Shown here: positions 34,371 through 42,234 of the stretch, piece after piece | Layout: the number at the start of each line of letters is the position of its first letter | Numbering within the stretch: position 1 is the stretch's first letter | NCBI GenBank assembly: GCA_036405895.1 | Contig: DASWWS010000001.1 | Span: 310,468-363,743 of the forward strand | Direction of reading: 5' to 3' | Origin: Minisyncoccota bacterium | Lineage (GTDB): Bacteria; Patescibacteriota; Minisyncoccia; Phycocordibacterales; UBA9973 | Length of the DNA stretch: 53,276 nt | The notes under the pieces: generated by a model | Told to the model about the DNA's origin: nothing | The model's input: the letters and a program-made list of their open reading frames with translations, nothing else | Database searches by the model: none | Made by a program: the position numbers and the translations under genes

Positions 34371-34396
34371 AAACCTCATCAATTGGGATGAGGTTT
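34371..34396 (-). terminator. Terminator hairpin enclosing the stop of the 34379 gene
   Basis: aaacctcatc / gatgaggttt with a 6-nt loop and a T-tract on the minus strand. Confidence 0.65.
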
Positions 34397-34876
34397 TTGT
34401 TGAGGGCTAATATTGAGCATACCCGGAGGAAGCATGTTGGAATAAATCTGCGAGAGAAATTCTCCGTCTTTTCTGAGGAAAATATAGTCGTGTGTCTTAT
34501 ATCGCTCCAACGGAGTCGAGGGTGCGCAAAACTCTCGAGATAAGCGTACATGCATTGAGTCGGGCACCAGCACCAAGGCCGGCTTCCTTCCCTCCTGAAT
34601 AGTGTTTAATACCGTTTCTTTTTGAATGTAGTAATACTCCTCGACTTCATACGGCAACAATCCTTCGATTTCATCTTCATGGATGGTGAAATATACAGCA
34701 CCCCGTAAAGGAAAATCTTTTGGTATTTGAGTCAGATAAATAGGAGTTTGATGGGTGTATCCGAAAAATTGCGGATACCGGCACGCATGCCATGGTGCCA
34801 GAAAAAACGAGTAATCGCGATAATTTCCCATAACAATGTTTTTTACTATTGTGCCCCTTCTCCTTTTCCCTGTCAA
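34379..34876 (-). CDS. Hypothetical protein between the two tRNA genes
   Basis: 165-aa ORF (alternative ATG at 34831) that ends inside its own terminator hairpin. No motif recognised. Confidence 0.5.
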   Translation of the reverse strand: MTGKRRRGTIVKNIVMGNYRDYSFFLAPWHACRYPQFFGYTHQTPIYLTQIPKDFPLRGAVYFTIHEDEIEGLLPYEVEEYYYIQKETVLNTIQEGRKPALVLVPDSMHVRLSREFCAPSTPLERYKTHDYIFLRKDGEFLSQIYSNMLPPGMLNISPQQKPHPN

Positions 34877-34925
34877 ACAAATTGCGGTTTTGGCGAAAAT
34901 CGGTATGATATCTACACAGCCGTTT

Positions 34926-34999
34926 GCGCGGTTAGCTCATATGGTTAGAGCGCTACATTGACATTGTAGAGGTGACAGGTTCGATCCCTGTATCGCGCA
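34926..34999 (+). tRNA. tRNA-Val (anticodon GAC)
   Basis: GCGCGGTTAGCTCATATGGTTAGAGCGCTACATTGACATTGTAGAGGTGACAGGTTCGATCCCTGTATCGCGCA. Canonical arms, with anticodon loop TTGACAT. CC follows the discriminator base. Confidence 0.9.
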
Positions 35000-35015
35000 C
35001 CCGTTTAAAAAAGTA

Positions 35016-35038
35016 GCCCACATAGGTGGGTCTTTTTT
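35016..35038 (+). terminator. Terminator after tRNA-Val
   Basis: gcccac atag gtgggt followed by cttttttat. Confidence 0.6.
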
Positions 35039-35083
35039 ATTGGGTGCGCGATAAGAAAATGAACTGCTTCACTTTCGTCAGGG

Positions 35084-35183
35084 AGCGAAAGGCGTAGGTA
35101 TGCCGACAGGCTACCGAGCCGGGGTCGAGAGTACTTAGTGCGCGCAACCTTCAGGTGAGCACACTTAGTAACTCGTGACCGAT
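35084..35183 (+). repeat. GC-rich conserved element, copy B (downstream of tRNA-Val, same orientation as the tRNA)
   Basis: See copy A. A third cacttagtaactcg box lies at 35237-35250 and is followed by the hairpin gcgattg agca caatcgc. Confidence 0.85.
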
Positions 35184-35304
35184 CCTTGTATCTCTCATGC
35201 GCATTCCGACCAACGGGAGGGGCGATCACTGTGGCACACTTAGTAACTCGCGATTGAGCACAATCGCCTACTGGGTGACCGACCCCCCTTACCGCGCACA
35301 ATAA

Positions 35305-35330
35305 AAGCCCTTGTATTTATACAAGGGCTT
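35305..35330 (-). terminator. 11-bp terminator hairpin enclosing the gmk stop codon
   Basis: aagcccttgta ttta tacaagggctt. Confidence 0.7.
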
Positions 35331-35955
35331 GTTTCATTTCTTTGAGCATATTTGCAATTTTGTTTGCAAATAACGAGGCGTCTACATTGTTGTAGTCTTG
35401 AACGAGATTGAAGAGTCCGGGATCTGTCACAAGCAATTCCTCAAGCTGCTGCCGTTCTTCTTTTGCATACTTGAGACGCCGCTCGATTTTGTCCTGAGAA
35501 TCTCTTCCCCGTTTTTCAAGACGCTTTCTCTGTTCTGTTTCGTTAACATCAAGATAGAGGCGAAAGGTTTTGTCTCGAGGAAAAACCTTATCCAATTGGA
35601 CCACGCCGTTAATATCAATATCAAGAGCAGGAACTTTTCCCAAAGAAAGAATTCTCTGAAACTCGGACCACGGAGTTCCGTACAGGCTGCCTTGCATATA
35701 GGGATTTGTTTCCGCAAATTCTCCGGCTTCCATTTTCTTTACGAATTCGCTCCGGCTGATGAAATAATAGTGCTTGCCGTGTTCTTCCTGCTCAAGATTG
35801 GGCTCTCGAGTTGTACAGGAAATAGCAAGAATGTACGTATCGAATATTTGATTGATGCATTGCACCAATGTCGACTTTCCGACACCGCTCGGACCGCAGA
35901 TTGCAAGAATAGGATATTCATATGCCTCCGGGTATTTTTTTTGTGAATGTTCCAT
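35317..35955 (-). CDS. gmk: Guanylate kinase
   Basis: P-loop ICGPSGVGKSTLV, TTREPNLEQEEHGKHYYFISRSEF and GSLYGTP. Confidence 0.8.
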   Translation of the reverse strand: MEHSQKKYPEAYEYPILAICGPSGVGKSTLVQCINQIFDTYILAISCTTREPNLEQEEHGKHYYFISRSEFVKKMEAGEFAETNPYMQGSLYGTPWSEFQRILSLGKVPALDIDINGVVQLDKVFPRDKTFRLYLDVNETEQRKRLEKRGRDSQDKIERRLKYAKEERQQLEELLVTDPGLFNLVQDYNNVDASLFANKIANMLKEMKQALV

Positions 35956-36011
35956 ACGTTCGGTTTGTTTTGACTACATTACCACATTTTTTGAAAATGG
36001 CAATAAAAGAA

Positions 36012-36029
36012 CCCCTCACGGATGAGGGG
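36012..36029 (-). terminator. Terminator after the 36035 ORF
   Basis: cccctca cgga tgagggg with a T-tract on the minus strand. Confidence 0.65.
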
Positions 36030-36034
36030 CGTTT

Positions 36035-36271
36035 TCAAGCGGAATCAGTAATAAGGAACGATCCGTGTTTCGGAAAATCAATGGTTCCGATGATGTTTTT
36101 CTCATGTTCCTCATGGGCGTGTCGCCGAATAAGGTATACTTTTCGATGGCCATCTCTGCCAATTTTTAATTTAGGCACGCGGTCAGCATTCATGACAGGA
36201 GCTAGTATCTCTGCTCGTTTTCTGAGCTTCCCTCTTAATTCATAGGGCGGATCCATTTTTATTACTACCAT
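36035..36271 (-). CDS. Small basic hypothetical protein (78 aa)
   Basis: The ORF is divergent from tsaD and is followed by a terminator. It contains the tetrapeptide DPPY but is far too short to be a methyltransferase. Confidence 0.4.
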   Translation of the reverse strand: MVVIKMDPPYELRGKLRKRAEILAPVMNADRVPKLKIGRDGHRKVYLIRRHAHEEHEKNIIGTIDFPKHGSFLITDSA

Positions 36272-36326
36272 ATTCTTTTATGTTTTTTACTATAGTAACA
36301 CAATTTCCAAAATAATCAATGTGGTG

Positions 36327-36332
36327 TATAGT
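36327..36332 (+). promoter_or_regulatory. -10 box (TATAGT) placed 6 nt upstream of the tsaD ATG; leaderless-type start
   Basis: Sequence reads tatagt actctc ATG (36339). Confidence 0.45.
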
Positions 36333-36338
36333 ACTCTC

Positions 36339-37580
36339 ATGAACATTCTCTCTATAGAAACGAGCTGCGACGAAACAGGTATTTCGGTTGTCCGCCAAGA
36401 AAATGACAGCCCTGAAATCGCCCTTTTAGGCAATGCGCTCGCAAGCCAAATCGAGCTCCATGCGCAGTACGGCGGCGTGTTCCCCGCTATGGCAAAGCGC
36501 GCACATGCGGAGAAAATAATCCCGCTCACTATCGAAGCACTCAAGCAGGCAGGACTTCTTATTGAAAGCACTAGCACGCTCGGAACTGATACGCGCGCAG
36601 AAATCGAAAGCTTGTGTGTCCGCGAAGCAGAAATGATTGAAGTGCTGGTCGAATTTTTCAATGTCTGGCAAAAACCGGATATCGACTACATTGCGGTCAC
36701 TGTCGGCCCCGGGCTTGAGCCGGCATTGTGGGTAGGCATCAACACCGCACGCGTATTGGGAAGCATCTGGAATATCCCGATTATCCCCATCAATCATATG
36801 GAAGGGCATGTGATAACAGCTGCACTAGAAGAAGTGCAAGAAGCAAGCACTCAGAAGGACCGTCCTTCTGAAAATTCCGAGAAGAGAGTGTACGTGCTAA
36901 AAGAATTACACTTCCCTGTTCTTTCCCTCTTGGTTTCCGGCGGGCACACGGAGCTTGTGCTTGCGCACGGCTTTGGGCAGTATGAAAAAATCGGGCAAAC
37001 ACGCGACGACGCAGTAGGCGAAGCGTTTGATAAAGTGGCGCGCATGCTCGGCCTTCCGTACCCCGGCGGCCCCGCTGTTTCTAAACTCGCTGCAAGCTTT
37101 CGCGCAAAGGAAATTGAAAACCCCTTCGTCCTTCCCCGCCCCATGCTTCACTCGGGCGACTATGACTTTTCGTATTCAGGTATCAAAACAGCTGCACTCT
37201 ATACTGTGCGCGACCTCACCGCACAAAATACTCGCGAACTGACAGAGGATGAAAAAATGGCAATCGCAGCCGCATTTGAAGACGCGGCCATAGAAGTGCT
37301 GGTTAAAAAAACGCTCCGTGCAGCAGAAGAATACGGCGTGCAAACCGTTATTGTTGGCGGCGGTGTTGCTGGCAATACCTACCTGCGCCAAGAACTCAGA
37401 AGGACCGTCCTTCTGAGTGCGCCCGGGACAGCGGTATTGTTCCCCGAAAGCTGGCTTGCGACCGACAATGCGGTCATGATCGCCATGGCAGCAGTTGCCC
37501 GCATCCAGGCCGGAAATATGACCACAGAACTTCCGGAACATCTCAAGGCACAGGGCAATCTCTCTATTGCAACACAGTAA
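36339..37580 (+). CDS. tsaD: tRNA N6-adenosine threonylcarbamoyltransferase, with two lineage-specific insertions
   Basis: ILSIETSCDETGISVV, VTVGPGLEPALWVG, NHMEGHV, LLVSGGHTELV, GGGVAGNTYLR and ATDNAVMIAMAA. The protein is 413 aa, against roughly 340 aa for typical TsaD. Confidence 0.9.
   Translation: MNILSIETSCDETGISVVRQENDSPEIALLGNALASQIELHAQYGGVFPAMAKRAHAEKIIPLTIEALKQAGLLIESTSTLGTDTRAEIESLCVREAEMIEVLVEFFNVWQKPDIDYIAVTVGPGLEPALWVGINTARVLGSIWNIPIIPINHMEGHVITAALEEVQEASTQKDRPSENSEKRVYVLKELHFPVLSLLVSGGHTELVLAHGFGQYEKIGQTRDDAVGEAFDKVARMLGLPYPGGPAVSKLAASFRAKEIENPFVLPRPMLHSGDYDFSYSGIKTAALYTVRDLTAQNTRELTEDEKMAIAAAFEDAAIEVLVKKTLRAAEEYGVQTVIVGGGVAGNTYLRQELRRTVLLSAPGTAVLFPESWLATDNAVMIAMAAVARIQAGNMTTELPEHLKAQGNLSIATQ
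36851..36871. repeat. Palindromic element copy 1 (tcagaaggaccgtccttctga) inside tsaD
   Basis: 9-bp arms around ccg. It encodes QKDRPSE within a tsaD insertion. Confidence 0.9.
37394..37418. repeat. Palindromic element copy 2 (actcagaaggaccgtccttctgagt) inside tsaD
   Basis: 11-bp arms around ccg. It is read in a different frame (LRRTVLLS). Confidence 0.9.
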
Positions 37581-37623
37581 TTTTTTATAATTCTCCTCCC
37601 TTCCAAAAACCCTTAAAAATTGG

Positions 37624-37629
37624 TATTAT
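37624..37629 (+). promoter_or_regulatory. Extended -10 box (TGgTATTAT) placed 6 nt upstream of the valS ATG; leaderless-type start
   Basis: Sequence reads tg g tattat tttttt ATG. Confidence 0.5.
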
Positions 37630-37635
37630 TTTTTT

Positions 37636-39813
37636 ATGAACCCCACCGATTCTGGCACCGTGCCGGAGAAACTTTTGAAGCCATATGATCCTGCAAGCGA
37701 AGAATCGCGTATCTATGAGAAATGGGAGAAAAGCGGATATTTCACTCCTGAAAATATGATTAAGGACGGCCTCACTGCACCCGAGGCGGAGGCCTTTACA
37801 ATCGTACTCCCTCCCCCAAATGTTACGGGCCACTTGCACATGGGACACGCAATGATGCTCACCGTGCAGGACATCATGATCCGCTACAAGCGCATGGCGG
37901 GCTTTCGCACGCTGTGGCTCCCTGGTACAGACCACGCTGCTATTGCAACGCAGTCAAAAGTTGAGAAAGAAATTCAAAAGTCTGAAGGCAAAAGCCGCCA
38001 CGACCTCGGGCGCGAAGAACTATTGAAGCGAGTCGAAGCGTTTGCACAAGCAAGCCACGACACAATCGTGAACCAAACAAAAGTGATGGGGGCAAGCTGC
38101 GACTGGACCCGCGAAGCATTCACACTCGATGAAGTCCGCACAAAGGCCGTGCGCACGGTATTTAAAAGCATGTACGAAGACGGCCTCATTTACCGCGGAA
38201 ACCGTATTGTGAACTGGGACCCAAAAGGCCAGACCACTATTTCCGATGACGAAATAGTGCACGAGAGCCGCAAGGCAACAATGTACACTTTTACCTACTC
38301 TAAAGACTTCCCTATTGCTATTTCTACTACCCGCCCTGAAACAAAGGTGGGCGATGTTGCGGTTGCTGTGCATCCTGATGACACGCGCTATAGCGAATTT
38401 GTAGGAAAAGAGTACGACGCAGTATTTTGCGGAGTGCCTATTCATATTAAAGTCATCGCGGATAAGGAAGTTGAAAAAGACTTCGGTACCGGCGCGCTTG
38501 GCGTAACACCTGCGCACTCTATGACAGACTGGGAAATGGCAGACCGCCACGACCTTCCCCGAGTGCAGGTCATCAACGAATACGCAAAAATGATGGTAGG
38601 CGGCGAGAACCTGATGGGCAAAAAAGTAACTGATGCGCGCGAGGCGATTGTTGCATGGCTTCGCGAAGAAGGATTGATGCAAAAAGAAGAAGCTATCGAC
38701 CAAAATGTTTCAACGGCCGAGCGCACCGGTGGAATTATCGAACCGCTTCCAAAGCTTCAGTGGTTTATTGACGTAAACAAGCCAATCGCCGAGCGTGGTG
38801 GCAAAACGCTTAAGGAATTAATGCGCGAACCTGTTGCCAATAGCGATATTTCTATCATCCCCGACTATTTTAATAAGACCTACTTCCACTGGATTGATAA
38901 CCTGCGCGACTGGTGCATCTCGCGCCAGATCTGGTACGGGCACCGCATTCCTGTCTGGTACAAAGGTGAAGAGATTTATACCGGTGTAGAAGCACCTGAG
39001 GGGAACGGCTGGGTGCAAGACGAAGACACGCTCGATACCTGGTTCTCTTCCGGCCTCTGGTCATTTTCAACACTCGGCTGGCCCGAGCAAACAGAAGACC
39101 TGAAAATCTATCACCCTACAACAGTGCTTGAAACAGGGCCAGACATCCTTTTCTTTTGGGTTGCCCGCATGATTTTGATGACACAATATGCGCTCGGTAC
39201 AGTGCCCTTTAAAACAATTTACCTTCACGGATTGGTGCGTGATGGAAAGGGACAAAAGATGTCCAAGTCTCTCGGCAACGCAATGGACCCGCTCGACATT
39301 GCTGCAAAGTACGGCGCAGATGCTGGGCGCATGGCCCTTATCATGGGAACAGCCCCTGGTACTGACTCGCGCATCTCCGAAGACAAAATCAAAGGGCAAA
39401 AGCACTTTGCAAACAAATTGTGGAACATCACCCGCTTTATCCTTACTGCAACGGCAGACATGCCGCACGACGCCGTGCTTTCTGAAGAGGACACTATTAT
39501 ATACGAAGCGTGGCGCACAGAGCTTGCCGGCATCACCGCCGACCTCGACAGCTACCGCCTCCACATCGCAAGCGACCGATTGTATCAATACATTTGGAAA
39601 ACATTAGCGGATGATATTTTGGAAAGCAGCAAACCGCTTCTCGCAAGCGATGACGCTTTGGTAAAAGCATCGCGCCAAAAACTCCTTACAGTATTATTGA
39701 AAGAAACTATCACTGCACTTCATCCGTTCATGCCATTTGTCACGGAGTCTCTATCGGAATTATTGGGCGAAGAAAAATTATTGATGGTAACACCATGGCC
39801 GACCTCTCGCTAA
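37636..39813 (+). CDS. valS: Valine--tRNA ligase (short form, no C-terminal coiled coil)
   Basis: HIGH motif PPPNVTGHLHMGHA, editing-domain TTRPETKVGDVAVAVHP, and KMSKS motif KMSKSLGN. The protein is 725 aa. Confidence 0.95.
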   Translation: MNPTDSGTVPEKLLKPYDPASEESRIYEKWEKSGYFTPENMIKDGLTAPEAEAFTIVLPPPNVTGHLHMGHAMMLTVQDIMIRYKRMAGFRTLWLPGTDHAAIATQSKVEKEIQKSEGKSRHDLGREELLKRVEAFAQASHDTIVNQTKVMGASCDWTREAFTLDEVRTKAVRTVFKSMYEDGLIYRGNRIVNWDPKGQTTISDDEIVHESRKATMYTFTYSKDFPIAISTTRPETKVGDVAVAVHPDDTRYSEFVGKEYDAVFCGVPIHIKVIADKEVEKDFGTGALGVTPAHSMTDWEMADRHDLPRVQVINEYAKMMVGGENLMGKKVTDAREAIVAWLREEGLMQKEEAIDQNVSTAERTGGIIEPLPKLQWFIDVNKPIAERGGKTLKELMREPVANSDISIIPDYFNKTYFHWIDNLRDWCISRQIWYGHRIPVWYKGEEIYTGVEAPEGNGWVQDEDTLDTWFSSGLWSFSTLGWPEQTEDLKIYHPTTVLETGPDILFFWVARMILMTQYALGTVPFKTIYLHGLVRDGKGQKMSKSLGNAMDPLDIAAKYGADAGRMALIMGTAPGTDSRISEDKIKGQKHFANKLWNITRFILTATADMPHDAVLSEEDTIIYEAWRTELAGITADLDSYRLHIASDRLYQYIWKTLADDILESSKPLLASDDALVKASRQKLLTVLLKETITALHPFMPFVTESLSELLGEEKLLMVTPWPTSR

Positions 39814-40520
39814 GCCCTACAATGCTCGGGCTCTTGTTCGGATTTACGCCCGCCATATTTTGGCTTTTCTTTTGGCTTCGCACTGACCGCAGTCGCCCCG
39901 AGCCGTTTGGACTTCTTATGCTGTGCTTTATTCTGGGCGGTGCATCCGTATACTTTGCCACTCTGTTTCAGCATGCCTCCACGGCCTTTGTCGCAAACAA
40001 AGAGGCTCAGGTGGTGGTGTGGGCCGGCATTGAAGAAGTACTCAAGTTTATTGCCTTTTATCTTGTGGCATTTCACAACCCGTATAACGACGAAGCAATC
40101 GATCCGGCAATTTATATGATCGCGGTGGCACTCGGCTTTGCAGCGCTTGAAAATATTTTTTATGTGCTTCAGCCAGGAATGAGTACTAACATCACTACTG
40201 CAATTCTCACCGGCAGCATGCGCTTCTTTGGCGCAACACTCTTGCACACTATTGCAAGCGCATTTGTCGGCATTGTTATCGGCCTGAGCTCCAAACAAAA
40301 CCGTTTTGGCGCGGTACTGCTCGGACTATTGGGGGCAACCGCCTTGCATGCAACGTTTAACTTTTTTATACTAAAGAACGACACTGCAAGTGCACTCCAA
40401 ATTTATGGATACTTGTGGATCGCCGCTATTATCAGTCACGTAACGCTTGAAAAGCTCCGACGCATTCCTGTTTCGGATTCAGTCACATCACCCCATTATG
40501 AAAAAACGATCATTCTTTGA
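39795..40520 (+). CDS. PrsW-family intramembrane protease
   Basis: 7-8 TM helices. GIEEVLKF (EExxK) and HTIASAF / LHATFNF motifs. The gene overlaps the valS end by 19 nt. Confidence 0.75.
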   Translation: MADLSLSPTMLGLLFGFTPAIFWLFFWLRTDRSRPEPFGLLMLCFILGGASVYFATLFQHASTAFVANKEAQVVVWAGIEEVLKFIAFYLVAFHNPYNDEAIDPAIYMIAVALGFAALENIFYVLQPGMSTNITTAILTGSMRFFGATLLHTIASAFVGIVIGLSSKQNRFGAVLLGLLGATALHATFNFFILKNDTASALQIYGYLWIAAIISHVTLEKLRRIPVSDSVTSPHYEKTIIL

Positions 40521-41076
40521 ACGCCTCGCTGGAAACCTTCGATTTAACGACAACGAAGAAGAACTAGACATGAACGATGTTGCGCCTGTGCGAGCGCATA
40601 AGCCGCTTCCCCCAAGCTCGCATTCGCATTCCTCCGTTACGGCACACCACGAAGCGCCTGCACGCCGAGAGCTTCCGTTGAACACTCCTCCAAAAGCGGC
40701 TGAAACAAAGTCCGAAGCACTGCACTTGCCCGACGAAGATGAAGAAGTAGGAGAACTTCCGGTGGACGTGTACGAAACACCAAATGAAATCATTATCCAA
40801 ACACTTATCGCGGGCGTTCTTCCTGAACACCTCTCTATCGGCATCACTCGCGATGTGGTGAGCATTTCGGGCAAGCGTGAAGCAAATAAGAGCGTCCCTA
40901 CTGACGCGTACCAGATCCGCGAACTGTACTGGGGCTCATTTGAGCGCACCGTAGAGCTTCCTGAAGAAGTGGAAATCGACGGAGCCGAAGCGATCGAGCG
41001 CCACGGCATGCTCCTCATCAAGCTTCCAAAACTCGACAAGAAGCGAAAGACAGTGCTCAAGATCAAGTCTATATAG
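40498..41076 (+). CDS. Hsp20/alpha-crystallin small heat-shock protein
   Basis: LPVDVYETPNEIIIQTLIAGV...GKRE...YWGSFERTVELPEEVEIDGAEAIERHGMLLIKLPK. The ATG at 40498 overlaps the PrsW-like gene by 23 nt. Confidence 0.85.
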   Translation: MKKRSFFERLAGNLRFNDNEEELDMNDVAPVRAHKPLPPSSHSHSSVTAHHEAPARRELPLNTPPKAAETKSEALHLPDEDEEVGELPVDVYETPNEIIIQTLIAGVLPEHLSIGITRDVVSISGKREANKSVPTDAYQIRELYWGSFERTVELPEEVEIDGAEAIERHGMLLIKLPKLDKKRKTVLKIKSI

Positions 41077-41083
41077 GGGAAAC

Positions 41084-41109
41084 AAAAAACACTCTAAGGA
41101 GTGTTTTTT
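41084..41109 (+). terminator. Terminator after hsp20
   Basis: aaaaaacactc taag gagtgtttttt. Confidence 0.8.
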
Positions 41110-41257
41110 GTTTATGAATTATTAAGGCAGGACCAGATCTTTCACTCCTTGGAAACCCTCGGTTTTCCAACGCTCGCAAGCTCGCTGCCTTCCTCCACAG
41201 GGAACTCCCGTTCCCCGACCCCCTCCCGCAGTTCTTCATCTAACCCCAAGTCTACAA

Positions 41258-41291
41258 ATAAAAAGAATCCGCACAAAGCGGATTCTTTTTA
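41258..41291. terminator. 12-bp bidirectional hairpin immediately 3' of tRNA-Phe
   Basis: aaaagaatccgc acaaa gcggattctttt. Confidence 0.75.
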
Positions 41292-41295
41292 TTTG

Positions 41296-41368
41296 TGCTC
41301 GGAGCCAGACTTGAACTGGCGACATCTCCCTCTTCAGGGGAGCGCTCTACCAACTGAGCTATCCGAGC
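41296..41368 (-). tRNA. tRNA-Phe (anticodon GAA)
   Basis: Reverse complement GCTCGGATAGCTCAGTTGGTAGAGCGCTCCCCTGAAGAGGGAGATGTCGCCAGTTCAAGTCTGGCTCCGAGCA. Anticodon loop CTGAAGA. Confidence 0.9.
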
Positions 41369-41412
41369 AGTTAGCCCTTATTTTATACACGAAAAAGTGC
41401 TTTCAGGCAACA

Positions 41413-41703
41413 CTATTGATTCGCCTGAAATTCCTGAAGCTGGTTCAAGAGTTCTCCATAATCCGTTCCGGAATTACTCTCTTCACCTGAGCCGCCAAGC
41501 AGGCCATAGGCGCCCTTGAGCTGCTCTAAGTACGGCTGTATGAGGTATAGAGACATAATCCCAAGTCCGATAATTACCAACCAATAGAGCCACTTCATCA
41601 CAGCTGCGGTTTTTTGCGCACGGCGCATTGCAGTGAGAAGTTTTGTTGTTTCATCGAGCTTGCTTTCTATTGCTTTAAGGCGTGCATCAAGTAGCGGATC
41701 CAT
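41413..41703 (-). CDS. Small single-TM hypothetical protein
   Basis: 96 aa with the TM helix WLYWLVIIGLGIMSLYLI. Confidence 0.5.
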   Translation of the reverse strand: MDPLLDARLKAIESKLDETTKLLTAMRRAQKTAAVMKWLYWLVIIGLGIMSLYLIQPYLEQLKGAYGLLGGSGEESNSGTDYGELLNQLQEFQANQ

Positions 41704-41729
41704 ACCGAGTATTGTATCATAGATACATA

Positions 41730-42230
41730 ATGACCAAACGATTCTCCCGCGGTTTTACCCTTATCGAACTGTTGGTTGTCATCGCCGTGATTGGCATTCT
41801 CGCCTCAGTGGTGATGGCTTCCCTCAACAGTGCTCGCATAAAAGCGCGCGACGCGCGAAAGATCGCGGACTTCAAAAATATCAGTACGGCACTGTACATG
41901 TACCAAGACACCTATGGCCGCATGCCGCCATCATATTTTACCTACGGCATCAACAACGAAGTTGAGGGTGGCGGTAACTATGAGCTTTCCATGCAGGATT
42001 TGGTAAACGCAGGGTTTCTTTCCGAAATTCCAAAAAGCCCGGGCGGGCCAAAATACCATTACTATAACTATGAAGGCTCTCCTACTATCGGCGCGATCCT
42101 TGTCACTCATTTGGAGGGCGGGCAAAACACTACCACTGGCATTCCTCCTTCCTGCAGGCCATTTACTGAAAACTGGTGCAGTCAAACACATGCGAGCAAA
42201 GCATACTGCCTGTGCCATCCGACCTATTAA
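41730..42230 (+). CDS. Type IV pilin-like protein (prepilin N-terminal methylation motif)
   Basis: MTKRFSRGFTLIELLVVIAVIGILASVVMASLNSARIKARDA is a class III signal peptide with G/F cleavage and Glu+5. The track ORF starts at 41682. Confidence 0.85.
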   Translation: MTKRFSRGFTLIELLVVIAVIGILASVVMASLNSARIKARDARKIADFKNISTALYMYQDTYGRMPPSYFTYGINNEVEGGGNYELSMQDLVNAGFLSEIPKSPGGPKYHYYNYEGSPTIGAILVTHLEGGQNTTTGIPPSCRPFTENWCSQTHASKAYCLCHPTY

Positions 42231-42234
42231 TTTG

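Noticed and set aside
36035-36271. DNA methyltransferase remnant suggested by the DPPY tetrapeptide in the 78-aa ORF
   Set aside because: A single tetrapeptide in a 78-aa basic protein is not enough. There is no AdoMet-binding FxGxG motif and no flanking methyltransferase-like sequence in any frame that I could see.
41113-41248. A full third copy of the tRNA-linked GC-rich element downstream of tRNA-Phe
   Set aside because: Only a 17-nt box (16 of 17 matches) and the general context are shared, namely a GC-rich spacer between two hairpins next to a tRNA. The 58-nt and 23-nt core blocks are absent, so it is mentioned only as a weak relative.
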